This document shows positions 27,501 through 40,288 of a stretch of 64,000 nucleotides of DNA, one piece after another. The notes below the pieces were generated by a model, which saw nothing but the letters and a program-made list of their open reading frames with translations, searched no databases and was not told the DNA's origin. Position numbers and translations under genes: made by a program. Source of the DNA: Lingula anatina. Lineage: Eukaryota; Animalia; Brachiopoda. The DNA lies in NCBI GenBank assembly GCA_051362555.1, contig CM120645.1, forward strand, positions 3,906,001-3,970,000. Direction: 5' to 3'. Within the stretch, counting starts at the first letter, position 1. Each line of letters begins with the position of its first letter.

Positions 27501-30500
27501 GAACCCCCAGGGAGTTAGGTCGATCTAAATCTTAATCCCTGGATCGATCTAAATCTCTGGGAATACACCCTAAGACTACAACTATCTGCATGAAACTTAA
27601 TTTACTCTCTTAATCTGGAGGTTTGCACATGCAATAGGGTTGGGGAAGGGGAGGGAAGAAAAGGTCTATATCAGGATCACTTCCAATTTCACAGGAAGCT
27701 CTGATCACCCTGCTCCTCTCGCGCAAATACAAAAAACATGTCATGAATGCAAATGCAGGAAGTCTAGTCAGTACTGCTGAACTGACGCCGTGGTGTATCA
27801 TAGCAACAAGCAGAGCACGGCAAGGGGTTTTATCTTAGCTGATTGATAAGCCGACTGTATTGCCTTCTATGACAAATACGTGTACGTGCACTAATCAGAT
27901 GTGGACACAGGGCAGATATGACAGTTGGCTGCGCAAAAGCAGGAAGGTACTGTATATATGATGCACGTCAATAAATTAATCCAAATCTCTCTCTCTCGCG
28001 CGCGCGCGTGTGTGTGTGTGTGCAGGCGTATGTTAGTGTGCTTGTACTTGTGCATGAGTGCGTATAGATGTATGTTGGCGCATGTGCTTATCCTTTACAT
28101 GTACCTCTATATGCAGTGAGTTCTTCGTCTGTCAGCTCAAGTCCCAGGTCTCCAGCAATCTTCCTCAGCTGTTCTATGTTGGGCGGGTGGAAGGCCGGGG
28201 CCTTGGCATACCCATCTGGGACTGAAATACATTTATTTACATTTTATTTCAGAAAAAACTGCAATTCTATCTGCTGAAGCACAAAATGTAAGCCATTGCT
28301 ATTGCAAAATGCTCGGAAAGTTAACACTTTCATGTATTATAACAGCTCAACCATATATCCCCTAGCTAATAAAATGCCAGACAACGACAATACATTACAA
28401 TACAATACAATACAATAAATTATATTTCATCGGGTATACATTGAAAGGAAACATTAGCTTTGCAGCTATTCACCGATTGGGTAAGGATAAACATTTCTAC
28501 ATAATGCGATATTTACACATGCAGTCTAGTAAGATAGTAAATGGGAAATCTTTCTACTAGGAGTATACAAGTACACATGAAATCTACTCAGAAAGTAAAT
28601 GAAAAAAATATCTATGAAAAATATGCAAAATGCTACACCTATTTTATTGCTAATTAATTGTGAAAAACAAACAATTCTACATACAATGCTCAGTAGTATA
28701 GATGCATAAAATCATGTAAACATGTTGTGTTATTTCACAGTTTCACTAAATGCATATAGGTTACACAAGCTAAATTTGCATTTGGGTCCTTCCCAAAGAC
28801 TTAAAAGTGATTTAAACACATCTGAATTGATGCTTTAATTGCTTTAATTCGTCTGAGAGATCATTCATATTTTTGGCCTAAGATGTGACAAGGATTTTTA
28901 CCATATGTTATTGTGTTAAATATGGGGATATTTAAAGTCTTTTCCCCTCTAAGGTTGTAATTTGTTATTCTTTCCTGGAGAAGGTCGGAGATGTAGGAAG
29001 GTGCAAGCCCATTTATAGCTTTGTAAACCTCAAGTGCAAGCATACGTACAGGGGCGGATCCAGAGATATTTTCTGACAGTGTTCCCAATTATCTTTGTTC
29101 ATCCATCCTCCTTTTCTGACCGTCTTCCGACAAAAAAAATTAGATACCCGTCATTGTAAAGTTGAAAACCTGACCGTCTTCTGGAAGACCCAGAAGACGG
29201 CCTCAATCCGCCCCTGACGTAGTCTGTTCAAGTGCAAAGTTCCAGGACCTAACATACGTGTATTTAACAGCTCATCGTAACTGCTTTTATAATTCTACGG
29301 AAATAGGGCCATTTTTTGCTAATTACATGAAAACTTATGTGGCGAAGGGAGTCACCGGGATGTTTTGTAATGGAATATAAAAATTAATTGTGCGATAAGG
29401 CTAATATATTATAGTGACACAATTAAAATTAACTAAAAAGAAATATGTAATTATTAAAGGTTGGGGTGCAAATGTGTGGTTGTCGTAGACATATCTTAGA
29501 CCCCTTTCCCGTATCTTTACTATTTTTTTCATATTTCCCTCACCACAAAAGTGCCATACTAACGGACAATAATTGAAGTTTGATAATGTAAAGTGCCTGA
29601 ACATGGCTAGCCGACTTAAAACATCTATATAAGCTGAAACCCTTTTCAGAGTGTTTAGTTGACATGCTGTTTTAGAACATAATTCTGAGATGTGTTTGTT
29701 AAAAGTAAGCCCCAAGGAGCTTGACCCAAGGTTCTAGTTTTATCAATTTTCCATTGAAAGATAATTGCTTGTTACTATGGTTGTCTGCTGTTTCCTTATA
29801 AAAATAGCTTGACATTTTTCAGGGTTCGCTTCCATCTCATTTGAGGAGAACCAGTTTATAGCATTTTTTGCATCATATTCAAGCTCCTTTTTTGAGATAT
29901 CGAAGTCTGGGTGTGCGGCACTTAAGGTGTTATCGTCTGCGTACTTGTAGAGGTTACAATTTTCAAATTGAGAGGTTACAAATTTACCGCTTCATGTGGA
30001 TCAATTACGGCGAAGTTTAACTGATAACAACAACGTGGAATATCAAATTCACTTCACCTATCAGTATATACGCACATGCACTGGAAGTACGAGCTAAATA
30101 AAATGCTATCTACATCAAATTTGGCAACACAAAATGAGGGGCAGCTTAGGCAAACACACATATAAACTGTTGCCTTGTGCAACATATACACAGGAAAGTT
30201 AGCAGTCAACCGTGAACACAAACTCATGAATTAATTAATATCACGTTCACGCAGCACGACGTGTCATGCGTCAGCATTCCTAATTACGGTGTCTGCCAAC
30301 GCATGTAACTTCGTGAAAGTACACGCGCACGAGCACGCACAGACACCAGCTAGGTGTATGAATCTGCGATGCAATTTATTTTTTATCCAACTGGCCTTGT
30401 CAAGCATTTCCTTCGTGCACGGATTAAAAATTCATGCTTGCATTACTTAAAATGGTAAAATCAACATATATACGTTGCCCGATTGTGACAGGCACATGTA

Positions 30501-30839
30501 GAGTGCAGGTCTAGAGCAATCGGGAATTTAAGTCATCTAGCACACTCACACATATCTCTGTACAAATAAAAGGATTTCAAATCATGGACATAAGACAACA
30601 CATTCTTCATCCGGTGGGAAGTGACAGACTCCAAGGACACTCAACAGTTTTGTGTCATGCACTTAGGAAGACATAATAAAATAAACGAGAGGCATAATAA
30701 AATTACCTTGTTTAACAGGTTTTTTATCTTTTCAATGCACAAGCTTAGCAATAGCACTACTTCTACTAGAACTACTCACTTCGTACCTCTGCAAATCTAG
30801 CAAAACCTTACCTCCGAAACTAGCTTTCGTCTCCGCCAT
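20370..30839 (-). CDS. Amidase-signature family hydrolase, copy D (11 exons, 521 aa, apparently intact)
   Basis: Exons 30812-30839 (MAETKASFG), 28105-28221, 26518-26644, 25934-26106, 25580-25719, 25196-25396, 24459-24533, 24069-24228, 21769-21831, 21045-21332, 20370-20563. The sum is 1566 nt. The signature reads AGSSAGS...[11 protein letters not shown]. Confidence 0.92.
21908..23566 (-). mobile_element. Tc1/mariner transposon with decayed transposase, in intron 8 of copy D
   Basis: Perfect ~28-bp TIRs (CAGACTTGACATTTAATATGGAATATTT) and a TA TSD. It is absent from the matching site in copy E (~34215). The minus strand retains Tc1-like remnants with many stops: MPRL...ARRP...TAKHR...[12 protein letters not shown]...RVYRH...[16 protein letters not shown]. 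Confidence 0.9.
23830..23930. repeat. Degenerate ~22-bp tandem repeat (TTGGGTTCCAATACCATT core); also at ~34500-34600 in copy E
   Basis: Four to five imperfect units are visible in intron 8 of both D and E. Confidence 0.7.
24918..25058. mobile_element. Short Harbinger-like MITE in intron 6 of copy D
   Basis: TIR GGCTCCGTATCTCGAA / TTCGAGATACGGGGCC and a 3-bp TSD CGG. The empty site is present in copy E (ATCCGGGTCTTAT near 36400). Confidence 0.82.
27346..27570. mobile_element. PIF/Harbinger-like MITE in intron 2 of copy D
   Basis: TAA TSD, subterminal inverted repeats (ATTTCCATAGA / TCTCTGGGAAT), absent from copy E near 38685, and same family as 36019-36233. Confidence 0.82.
28384..29985 (-). 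mobile_element. 5'-truncated non-LTR retrotransposon (CR1/L2-group LINE) fragment in intron 1 of copy D
   Basis: RT C-terminal remnants [10 protein letters not shown]...[15 protein letters not shown]...[11 protein letters not shown]...[13 protein letters not shown]...[15 protein letters not shown], and an (ATTGT)n 3' tail near 28390-28420. It is absent in copy E. Boundaries are approximate. Confidence 0.88.
29049..29216. mobile_element. 168-bp MITE nested in the LINE
   Basis: TIR CAGGGGCGGAT / ATCCGCCCCTG and a 5-bp TSD ACGTA. Removing it restores the LINE frame LNRLRMLALE. Confidence 0.88.
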
Positions 30840-33019
30840 ATTGTGCAGTTTTCGCACTCTGATAGGCGGGACAGTGCGCTGACCTAGAAAACGACTCTTG
30901 AACTGAAAACCGGATCGACCTCGTAAGACGTGATAATTTGAGGGATAAGGTAGTAGTAGTATATCATTCGCTCGCGGCAGTGCCTTGTAACAATACAAGT
31001 CTGTCAGGGTTACATAGTATGCTTGTTTAGGACCAAAATTGGCCAACGCTGCATTTTGTAGTACAAATGTCTAACTTGGCATGAATGTTCCTTGGGCCAA
31101 AAGAAAAATTTTTATCCCTAGAGACACGTTCTATTGATAAGTGCATAAATGCAAACTGGGTACCAAAATATAATATTTCATCAATTTCCATCAGTTTTTT
31201 ATTTTATTTTATTTTTTTTGCTATAAAGATGTATAGATTATCAAACCTGACTAAATTAGGGACAAGGAACTCATTTTTGACATTATGGAATCAATTGGCG
31301 GCCCTTTTGCGCCTCAAATCCGAATGGCTGCCATCTGCCATCCTGAAAGCGGACATAATTTTGCGATTTTATGTTGATTTTTGAAGCGTTTGACTTACAT
31401 ATTTGTGTAATATGTCGATTCTTACTATTGTGGAGGTGCACATGTCAATTCTAATATTGTTTTGGTGATAGAAGGTGAATTGAAAGGACAAAGAGGGCGT
31501 TTTTAAGTGAATTTCACAATATTTGTCTGTGAAAGCTGCAAAACCATGGACACTGATAACCCCTATTGAAATATATTTCAATGCTATTTTTTGTTATATA
31601 CCATCAATACGGTACTAAATTATGAGCCAAAAAACTCATTTTTGCCGTTATGGAGGCCATTGGTGGCCATTTTGTCCATAAAATCCAAGATGGCCGCCAG
31701 ATACAATTTTAAAATTAAGCAAAATTCACCAGTTTGAAACTACATGTATTATATCTTTATAAGTGTGTCATACGCCGGTATATATATTTTTTTGGTAAAA
31801 ATACATTTTTAGTATTATCTGTTTCACGTAGTGTGAGTAGAAACTATTTTAAATAAATATATATGTAGGCTTAAGTTGTCACATATCCTAACTGGTAGAT
31901 GCTTCTTGTAGTCTGATTAGTACAAAATATGTTTCATTACATTTCAAAAGGGTTTTACCGACCTTGAAACAAGTGTGAAAGACCAAAGCGGCTTATTAAA
32001 GGTAAAGAACACATACTTGATGCTTTGGAGACAATTGGTAGCCATTTTGCAGAAGAATGTTATACATCGTTTCTTATCATGTCTGGTATCACTTGTGAGA
32101 TATAATGCAAGTAGAAAATATTACATGGCTCCTTCATCAATATAGGCTTCAGTCTTCACATTCGCAAAACAAACTCCGGTCATGCCTTTCCTTATTTTAT
32201 AAGCGATAAATGGCCATTCACGACAGAAAGACGAGTGACCAGTCAATTTTCGTAGCAGGCGACACCAAGCTTCCACTTGATTTTGAAGAGTATGCTGTGC
32301 GCATGGATTTTGACTGTTATGAGTAGTCGGCAAAATCTACCCTCCCCTTGATACCACCTGAGTGACAACGTCAGTTACATGTGTGTGCAATAATTCTCAC
32401 TGGACCTCTGCGCTGTAATATCAGATGAAACCATGCTACACTCTTGTCCGTCTCTTTCATCTTCAGAGTGAAGTAGTATTCGTTAATGTTCGGATGCATT
32501 TTTTTTGCATCCGACGGGCTTACATGTGCTAGCAGCTAAGCTAATATAATGCGTCAGAATAATGCTGGTGCTTAAACTTTATGGTACAACAAATATAAAT
32601 CGGTTGTTCCAACTTATGTAGAAATTAACACATATATTTATGAAATACAATTTTTACGCAAACTAAAGCCAACTTTCCACAGGTTGCTACGCGTATTCTT
32701 AATCCTCTAAAACGTTCTTCAGAATTTTTGATACACAAGGAATTGTTGCTCCAAAAATATCAGCTAAAGTGTGATTTCTATGTTATAGGTATAATACACC
32801 AGCTACCGCAAGGTTACAATGAATATTTTGTGGCCAAGGCAAGGATAACTGTCCTTAGTCTTGTAGGACTGGCCTACCCATTTCACCTGCGCCTGAATAA
32901 CATATTTGCAGTATATAAAAATCTGAATATTCTTGTATATTTATTTTTCATTATCTGGAAAAATCAATCTTATCAGAAATCGACGAATCCTCGTGACCAA
33001 CTTTGAATTTGACGATAAA

Positions 33020-36000
33020 TCACTTCTCATCTCGCTTTTTCTCGAAGCCGTATGCAGCCTTCAGCACGGTGGTTTCATCAAAGTGCTTCCCGACGATCAT
33101 GAGGCCAACCGGAAGTCCATCTGCAAACCCCACGTTGATGCTGAGGGCCGGATGATGGGTGACGTCAAACTGGGCCGTGTTCGACAGCATCTCAAGGGAT
33201 TTTTCGATGCTTTCTAAAAAACAGTAATAAGTATATGCGTAAAATAAAAATAGCACTTTGAATATCTAAAATAGGTTAAGCCACGCTAAATACTAGTAAG
33301 TATCAGTAAATAAAAAGGAGAGAATATTGCGTCGAAACATAGTTTAAAGCAGTAAAAAGCTTTGAACATCTACGTGGCTGCTTTTACATTTAATGGCGAA
33401 TTTAGGGGAGGACAAAGTAGTTAGTGTGTTTCTTGTTGCTCTCCCTTCATCAGAAAATAGTATCGAGCGAAACGACACAATACCTGAAAAGTTGCCATCT
33501 CTGTACACATCATGTACGTGTAGTGGCGAAAAAAACTCGGGTACAGTTGAAAGTTGCTTCGTTTCACTCTTCAATTTTTTGTTTTATCCCCCTCCTTCTG
33601 TAAGCTTGTTTAATTTGATCATCATTACCTTTAATGCTCGATCCCTTCGGCGGTAGCTTCTGTGGCAGCTTTTGGATGGTCGGCATGACGAGTACGTCAT
33701 AGTTGGCGAGAGCGTCGTCATAGGCCTTCCGCAGCAGTCGTGCGCAGTTCATGGCTCTAGCATAGTGGATGTGGTTGTACCGTTGCTTGGTATACTCTCC
33801 GAGCAAGGAAACCATTTTATATGTGTGAGATACATCATTGAGATGGGTTCTTATCCCCCGAGCTGTGGCCTGTTGCATGGTAGTCGGGTAAAAGCCAGGG
33901 AATCCGAAGGCAACAGCTGTAAACAACAAATTACATACGTCATTTCAGAAAAAAAATTAATTATACAAAACATTCCAAATGAGATGTAAAACATCTTCTG
34001 TGCACAACAATTACTTATCTGTTAATGTCATTATGGACATTTAGCTATTCAAAATAATAAAGCACCTGCTTTGAGTGAGAACTTACCGCCCCCCTGCACC
34101 ATGGTTTCATAGCACCCTTCAAATATAATTGGTGCAGCGATATTCCGACCTATGAAATAAAACGATATACCTTATGAATGCATTTGGCTCTTCTACCAAG
34201 GTGTATACTTTAGAGATACAGATGTGCCCATACACTATGGGAGGCGCTAACATGTAACTATATATAACGCTACACGGGATTTTACCCCCTTTCACGAGAT
34301 CCCCACAAATTCGCTTCCTGTCATTTAGTGGTTGAATACCATGTAAGTAAAGTGGCAGTGTCGAGCGACGCGGCTTCGTTTAGGTGACTCTCTTACGCCA
34401 CAGCCATGCTATCGAGCTGTCATTCTCGTAGAGTGTACCGGTACACGTGGATTTCTAAAGTATACCGATCACAGGGGCATTTGAGCAAAACACCTCGGTT
34501 CAGTTCCAATGCCATTTGAGCTATTGGGTACCAATGCCATTCCAAATATTGGGTTCCAATACCATTTAAACTGTTGGGTTCCAGTACCATTCCAACAATT
34601 GGGTTTATGGGATACCCAGTTAAATATCTAATGGAGTCATGAATAATTACAAATGTATCTCATTATAAATGCCATTTGTTCCTTGTAAACTGACAACAAT
34701 CGACCAATGTTCCTCCGTCGTTTTCAGACGTCTTACCAGTAATATGCATGGGGATGCTGACGTCTTCGACACTGGCACCGGCTGCTTTAAAGTAATTCAT
34801 GGCTGACCGAATGGTGGAATCAACGGCAGTACTTTGGCATTTGTCGAACCCTTCTTTGACCACACCCACTTTCATTCCCGCAAGGTCTGCATTCAGCTAG
34901 TATAAATGTACGTTTATATGGTTGACTTTCGTTATTTTTTTTAGGATGGGCGTAGATTCACATTTATAAACAACAGCGCATACCAAAGGCAGCCATTTTT
35001 TCTAATCATTAATTAACCTAAAAGAAAATTAAAACAGTCTGAATTATACATCCTTTAAACCAAACTGATCATCAAGTTACATTCTAACAATAGAGAGGTC
35101 AACTTGCGTGAAACCTACAAACATACCAGTTTTGAATACTCGGGCACCACGATGTTTGGCTGCTGTCTGGGGTCAAGGCCGTCATCGTATCCAGCGATCA
35201 CCTTAAAGCAATAATAACTCTTCCTTTGAGATTCAAAATTCCGCATGAAATACATTGTAAACAACGCATGGAAATATATTCTATTGTATTTTACCACTAA
35301 AACGGCCGTTATTGTAGTAAAACTAAAACCTGTGCTGGTCAATAGGGCTTTCGATGCCTTTCTTCCCGGTCATCAAGGCATTCGTTGCTAATGACGTAAT
35401 GGTGTCACGCGGATTCTCGCGTTCATTCGAGAGCAAAATAAAATGGCGCCAAACGCATTAATGCAGACGCAGACGTAAGTTGCGAGTTTTTGTACAGTGC
35501 GTCGGATAACGAAAAGCCCAGAATGACACACATTGTGGATATAAATGCATTTTTATACAAAAAGACGATTATATCTCATGAATCTTACATAATGTTGTTG
35601 TTGTCTGCTTTTTTCCGCGGTTTTAAGTAGATCACCAGTGACTATGCAATGTCAGAGAGAGCTCCGTCAGTTAAAATCTCAGAGATTTTAACAAAAAACC
35701 GTACGTTTAGGAAAAAAAACCCTGGATTAACTTTGAATGCAGGGGTCGTTGACCATTGGTAAGTACGGGAAAATTGCCGTTTTTTCCAGGAAAATCCAAT
35801 TTTTGGCCAAAACGAAGAGTTATTATGACTTTAACGGATATCACAAACTTGATATAATAAACGGATAACGGATTGTAAATATCAAACCCGGACAAATGTT
35901 TCTATCACCAACATATATAAATTATAACTACTTATACTTCAGGTTACACAAAATTAGAGTACTGAAGCATGTACCAAACGGCCTTCCTACAAAGCGGTTA

Positions 36001-37458
36001 TGAATACGGTTACCCTTAGACCCCATTCCCAGAGATTAGATCGATCTACTTTAGATCGACCTAACTCCCTGGGGGTTCACGCTAAATAGCTGTCAGCCGA
36101 GCGGGCACAAAAGTTAATTACCCCCTTACAGCTTGTAGTAGGCGGGACGGACATTTAAGCCGGATTATCTGACAGTAATCTAGTGAGACTCCCCGCGGGG
36201 ATAGATCTATCTAAAAGCTCTGGGAATACGCCCTTAATTTCTTGTTTTTTCTTCGTTAAGAAATGACATATTGAATTAAAATAATAATTATAGTAACAAT
36301 TCCTGTTACGTACAAAGTCATATCAAATATAATTCACAACCCGTAGAGTTACAGTAGCTATGCATGGTATATCTGTGAGCATGCCCTGCCATCTCTAAAA
36401 TCCGGGTCTTATATTTATCCATTAACCGTCTACATTTGCACACACAGATGGCCAAAAAACAAATTACTCGAAATTTTTGTTTTACAACGGTCATCTTAAT
36501 AACAATTAAAAAATTGCAGTCCAGGTGTAACTTTAAATTTACCTCTAACATTAGGGCGCAGTCTTCCACAGTTCGGGTCATGGGGCCTGCATGGTCAATA
36601 CAGGGGTGTATAACTGAAATACCAGTGTATGGAACCAAACCCCACGTGGGTTTTAACCCCACAATACCACACCACGAGGCGGGCAATCGAATAGATCCAC
36701 CTTGGTCGCCACCAAGAGCCATGTCAATTTGGCCTCCTGCAACCTTAACAAAGTAGAGAGAGCAAAACGAAACTTGAAACATATGGACAAAACATACACA
36801 TGACCAAAAAAATGTCAAAAATATTTATTGTTTTGCTATGTTCTGAAATATAAAGAGAGATTATTCTATAACAGATGCATTATCACAACCATTACCAAGG
36901 CACCACTACCGGCGCTGGAACCGGCCGTTGATAGCGTTGCGTCGTAAGGATTCAACACTGGCATTTTGCTGCTGGTAAAACTGCTGCCACTGACACACAA
37001 ATCTTCAACCGCGGTCTTTCCGAGAATCCGTCCACCTTAACAATAAAAATGAGTGAATAAGTTATTTCTAACTGCATTATTATCATCTTTTTGCTTTGTC
37101 TTTAAATCTTCTCTAGCTATATGACACAGTTAAGCTAAACAAAATATGGCAGCGTTAAATCTTCGTCTGCAAGTCTTTGTCGACTTTCCCGCCAAAATAT
37201 TTTTCTAAATCAAGAACGTTGGAATTGGAGCAGACAGTATTAGCTCACCTGCGTCCAGTATCCTGGTGACCACAGTGGCATCAAACTCTGGCATGTAGCC
37301 CTCCAACACCCTGGACCCGTTCATCATAGGTACCCCAGCCACCGCCGTGTTGTCTTTGATACCCAGGGTTTTCCCAGCCAACTTCCCAGAGGGGGCACCT
37401 TGAATATCCGTACGCCAGTACCTGTGCAATAAATGATTTAAAAATAAACAAATGGCTC

Positions 37459-37509
<51 letters not shown>

Positions 37510-40288
37510 GTAGGTGCTGAGAGCAATTGTATGTTTTCGTGAAAATCACAAAAAATGCACAATGACCTACTTTTAACTTGGTTGAAAAAAGGACAATTTC
37601 CAATATGACCTCATTACCTCAGCTTCATATTGAACAGTGTGTTAAAAATAGACCTAGACTACAATGCTGTTTTTGTAGAAACTACATATTCAAAGCAACA
37701 TACTATTGTCGCTGTGTTAATAACGGAGAAAAAAGTATCATTGAAATATTCGTCAAACAACATCCAATGGAGGTTGTTGTATCCAACAAGTATTGTATCA
37801 CTATAGTTCGCTTGAATTAAAATAAAAGCCGTATTGATCGATCCTTCAAAACGTGAAATAATAGCAATATTCACCAGCCATTAAAAGGGTTGTCCTCGGG
37901 CTTAGGACGCCAGCCTGGAGTTCGAGGGTATTTAACAGGCAGCGTAGGTTCTGCCAGTTCGTCTAGAATACCATACTCCTCCTCCAGGTCGAGCATGTGC
38001 TCTTAACGATAAAAAATATAACATTTGTAATAGCAGAAGATTTAAAACCGCCACGCATGTGCACATGAACAATACTGCAACCTCTATCGGAAGATCCGGG
38101 TGTTACCTGAGAGACTGAAAATGAAAATGAATAAGCTATGTATTTTGAATGTTGTATAATTTCAATGCTCCCCCCCCCCCCTTGAACACACACAAAGTGG
38201 GTAAGCATTATTACCTTTGTACCTTTCCATAATCTTTCATTTTTAAAAGTCTTGACACTAATAACGTAAAGCAATACGTGCTAATAATTAAGAAAATTAC
38301 ATAAATAAGAAAATAAGCCTACAAATTCATTGGTCATGTATGCAGCACGTATTGTTCATGTAAAATGTTACGTCCAACTTTCGCGAAACAAGTCCGTATT
38401 CCAGGTAGTCTATTCTCGGTGATGCCAACCTGAGAAAAAACTTAACCCGCATAGTTTAGAGCAGAGCACCGAGCCGGGGACACATCTGGTTAGCTGGGAA
38501 TTCCTCCTGTAATGCTGATTGACCTGGGTTAGGGTCCCACGGTTTTTTTTTTGAAAATGTTCCATGGCTTTTGACCTCTCCTGTGTGTAAAACAGCATTT
38601 TACCTTTTTAAATGTGTTCAAAAACTACCTTCAGAGTGTTTAGTAGCAAAATTTGGTAATATTGAAAAAAATGACTTTTATTGTCTTAGACCATCTAACA
38701 CTAGTTTAATGAATCTTAAGTTACATAGTGAATCTGTCTTAATCTGGAGGTTTATACATGCAATCCGAGGGGGGGGGGGGGGGCGAAGAAAAGCTCTATA
38801 TCAGGAACACTTACAATTTTTACAAGAAGCGCTGCACACACAGGCCACTCTCCAGCAAAATACGAAAAACATGTCGTGAATACAAATGCAGGAAGTCTAG
38901 TCAGTACTGCTGAACTGCCGCCATGGTGTATCATAGCAACAAGCAGAGCACGAAAAGGGTTTTTTTATCTTAGCTGATCGATTAAGTCCAGCGACATTGC
39001 CTGGTACGACAAACACGCGTGCTTGCACTATGTAGATATGGACACAGAGCAGATATGGCAGTTGACTGTGTAAAAGCAAGCAGGCACTGGGTATATAATG
39101 CACTTCAGTAAATCATTCCTAATCTCTCTCTCTCTCTCGTGTTTGTGTGTGTGTATTTGTGTATGAGTGTGTATGGATGTATGTTGGCGGGTGTGCTTAT
39201 ACTATACATGTACCTCTATATGCAGCGAGTTCTTCGTCCGACAGCTCAAGTCTCAAGTCTCCGGCGATCTTCCTCAGCTGTTCTATGTTGGGCGGGTGGA
39301 AAGCCGGGGCCTTTGCACACCCTTCGGGGACTGAAATACATTTATTCACATTATATTTCACTGAAGACTTTGCAAGTCTGCATGTTGAAACAACAAATGT
39401 AAGCCCTTGATATTGGAAAATACTGTTACTCGGAAAATTAACACTTAATGTATTATAACAGTTCAACAACGTATTACCTGTCCAATACGTATGTAATAAA
39501 ATACCAGACTGGCTGCTTTATGAGGGTCAATTGAGGCCATGTTGAACTGATCACAGATATCAAATATATCAAATTCACTTTACCTTAATGGTATAGTAGC
39601 ACTTGCTAAATAAGAAGTGATGTAAATCAATTTTGGCCAAACAAAATGCGGGACAGCTTATGCAAACACACATACTGTTGCCCTGTGTAGTATATACCCA
39701 GGTAGGTGAGCAATCAACCGTGCACAAATTCATGAATTAATTAAATTCACGTTCACGCACAGCGTGGCGCATGTAACTTCGTGCTAGTACACGCCCATCC
39801 ACAAACATACCAGCTAGCTGTATGAATTCGCGGTGCACCTTATTTCCTATCCAAATGGCGCTTGTCAAGCATTTACTTCGTGCTCGTATTAAAGATTCTT
39901 GCTTGCATTACTAAAAATAGTAAAATCAACATTTGCGTTGCCCGATGGATTGTGAGAGGCACATGTAGAGTGGAGGTCTAGAGCAATCGGGAATTTAAGT
40001 CATCTAGCACACTCACACATATCTCTGTACAAATAAAAGGATTTCAAATCATGCCAGTAGAGACAGCATATCCTTCATCCGATATGACAGACTTCAAGGG
40101 TAGTCAGCAATTTTGATTCATGCACTTACGAAGAAGAGAGAAATAATAAAATAACCTTTGTATACAGGTTGTTTATATTTTCAATGCACAAGTTTAGCAA
40201 AAGCACTACTTCTACTAGAACTACTCACTTCGTACCTGTGCAAATCTAGCAAAACCTTACCTCCGAAACTAGCTTTCGTCTCCGCCAT
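33020..40288 (-). CDS. Amidase-signature family hydrolase, copy E (11 exons, 521 aa, apparently intact; closest paralog of D)
   Basis: Exons 40261-40288, 39214-39330, 37875-38001, 37249-37421, 36896-37035, 36543-36743, 35127-35201, 34737-34896, 34087-34149, 33629-33916, 33020-33213. The sum is 1566 nt. Introns and flanks are alignable with copy D. Confidence 0.92.
35207..35830. mobile_element. Kolobok-like non-autonomous DNA transposon in intron 6 of copy E
   Basis: TTAA TSD (35203-35206, 35831-35834), TIR AGCAATAATAACTCTTC / GAAGAGTTATTATGACT with purine-purine termini, and absent from copy D (24534). Confidence 0.82.
36019..36233. mobile_element. PIF/Harbinger-like MITE in intron 6 of copy E
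   Basis: TTA TSD, empty site ACCCTTAATTTC in copy D near 24742, and same family as 27346-27570. Confidence 0.82.
37459..37508. repeat. (AAT)n microsatellite in intron 3 of copy E
   Basis: Directly visible; shorter and interrupted at the matching site of copy D (~26145-26170). Confidence 0.95.
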
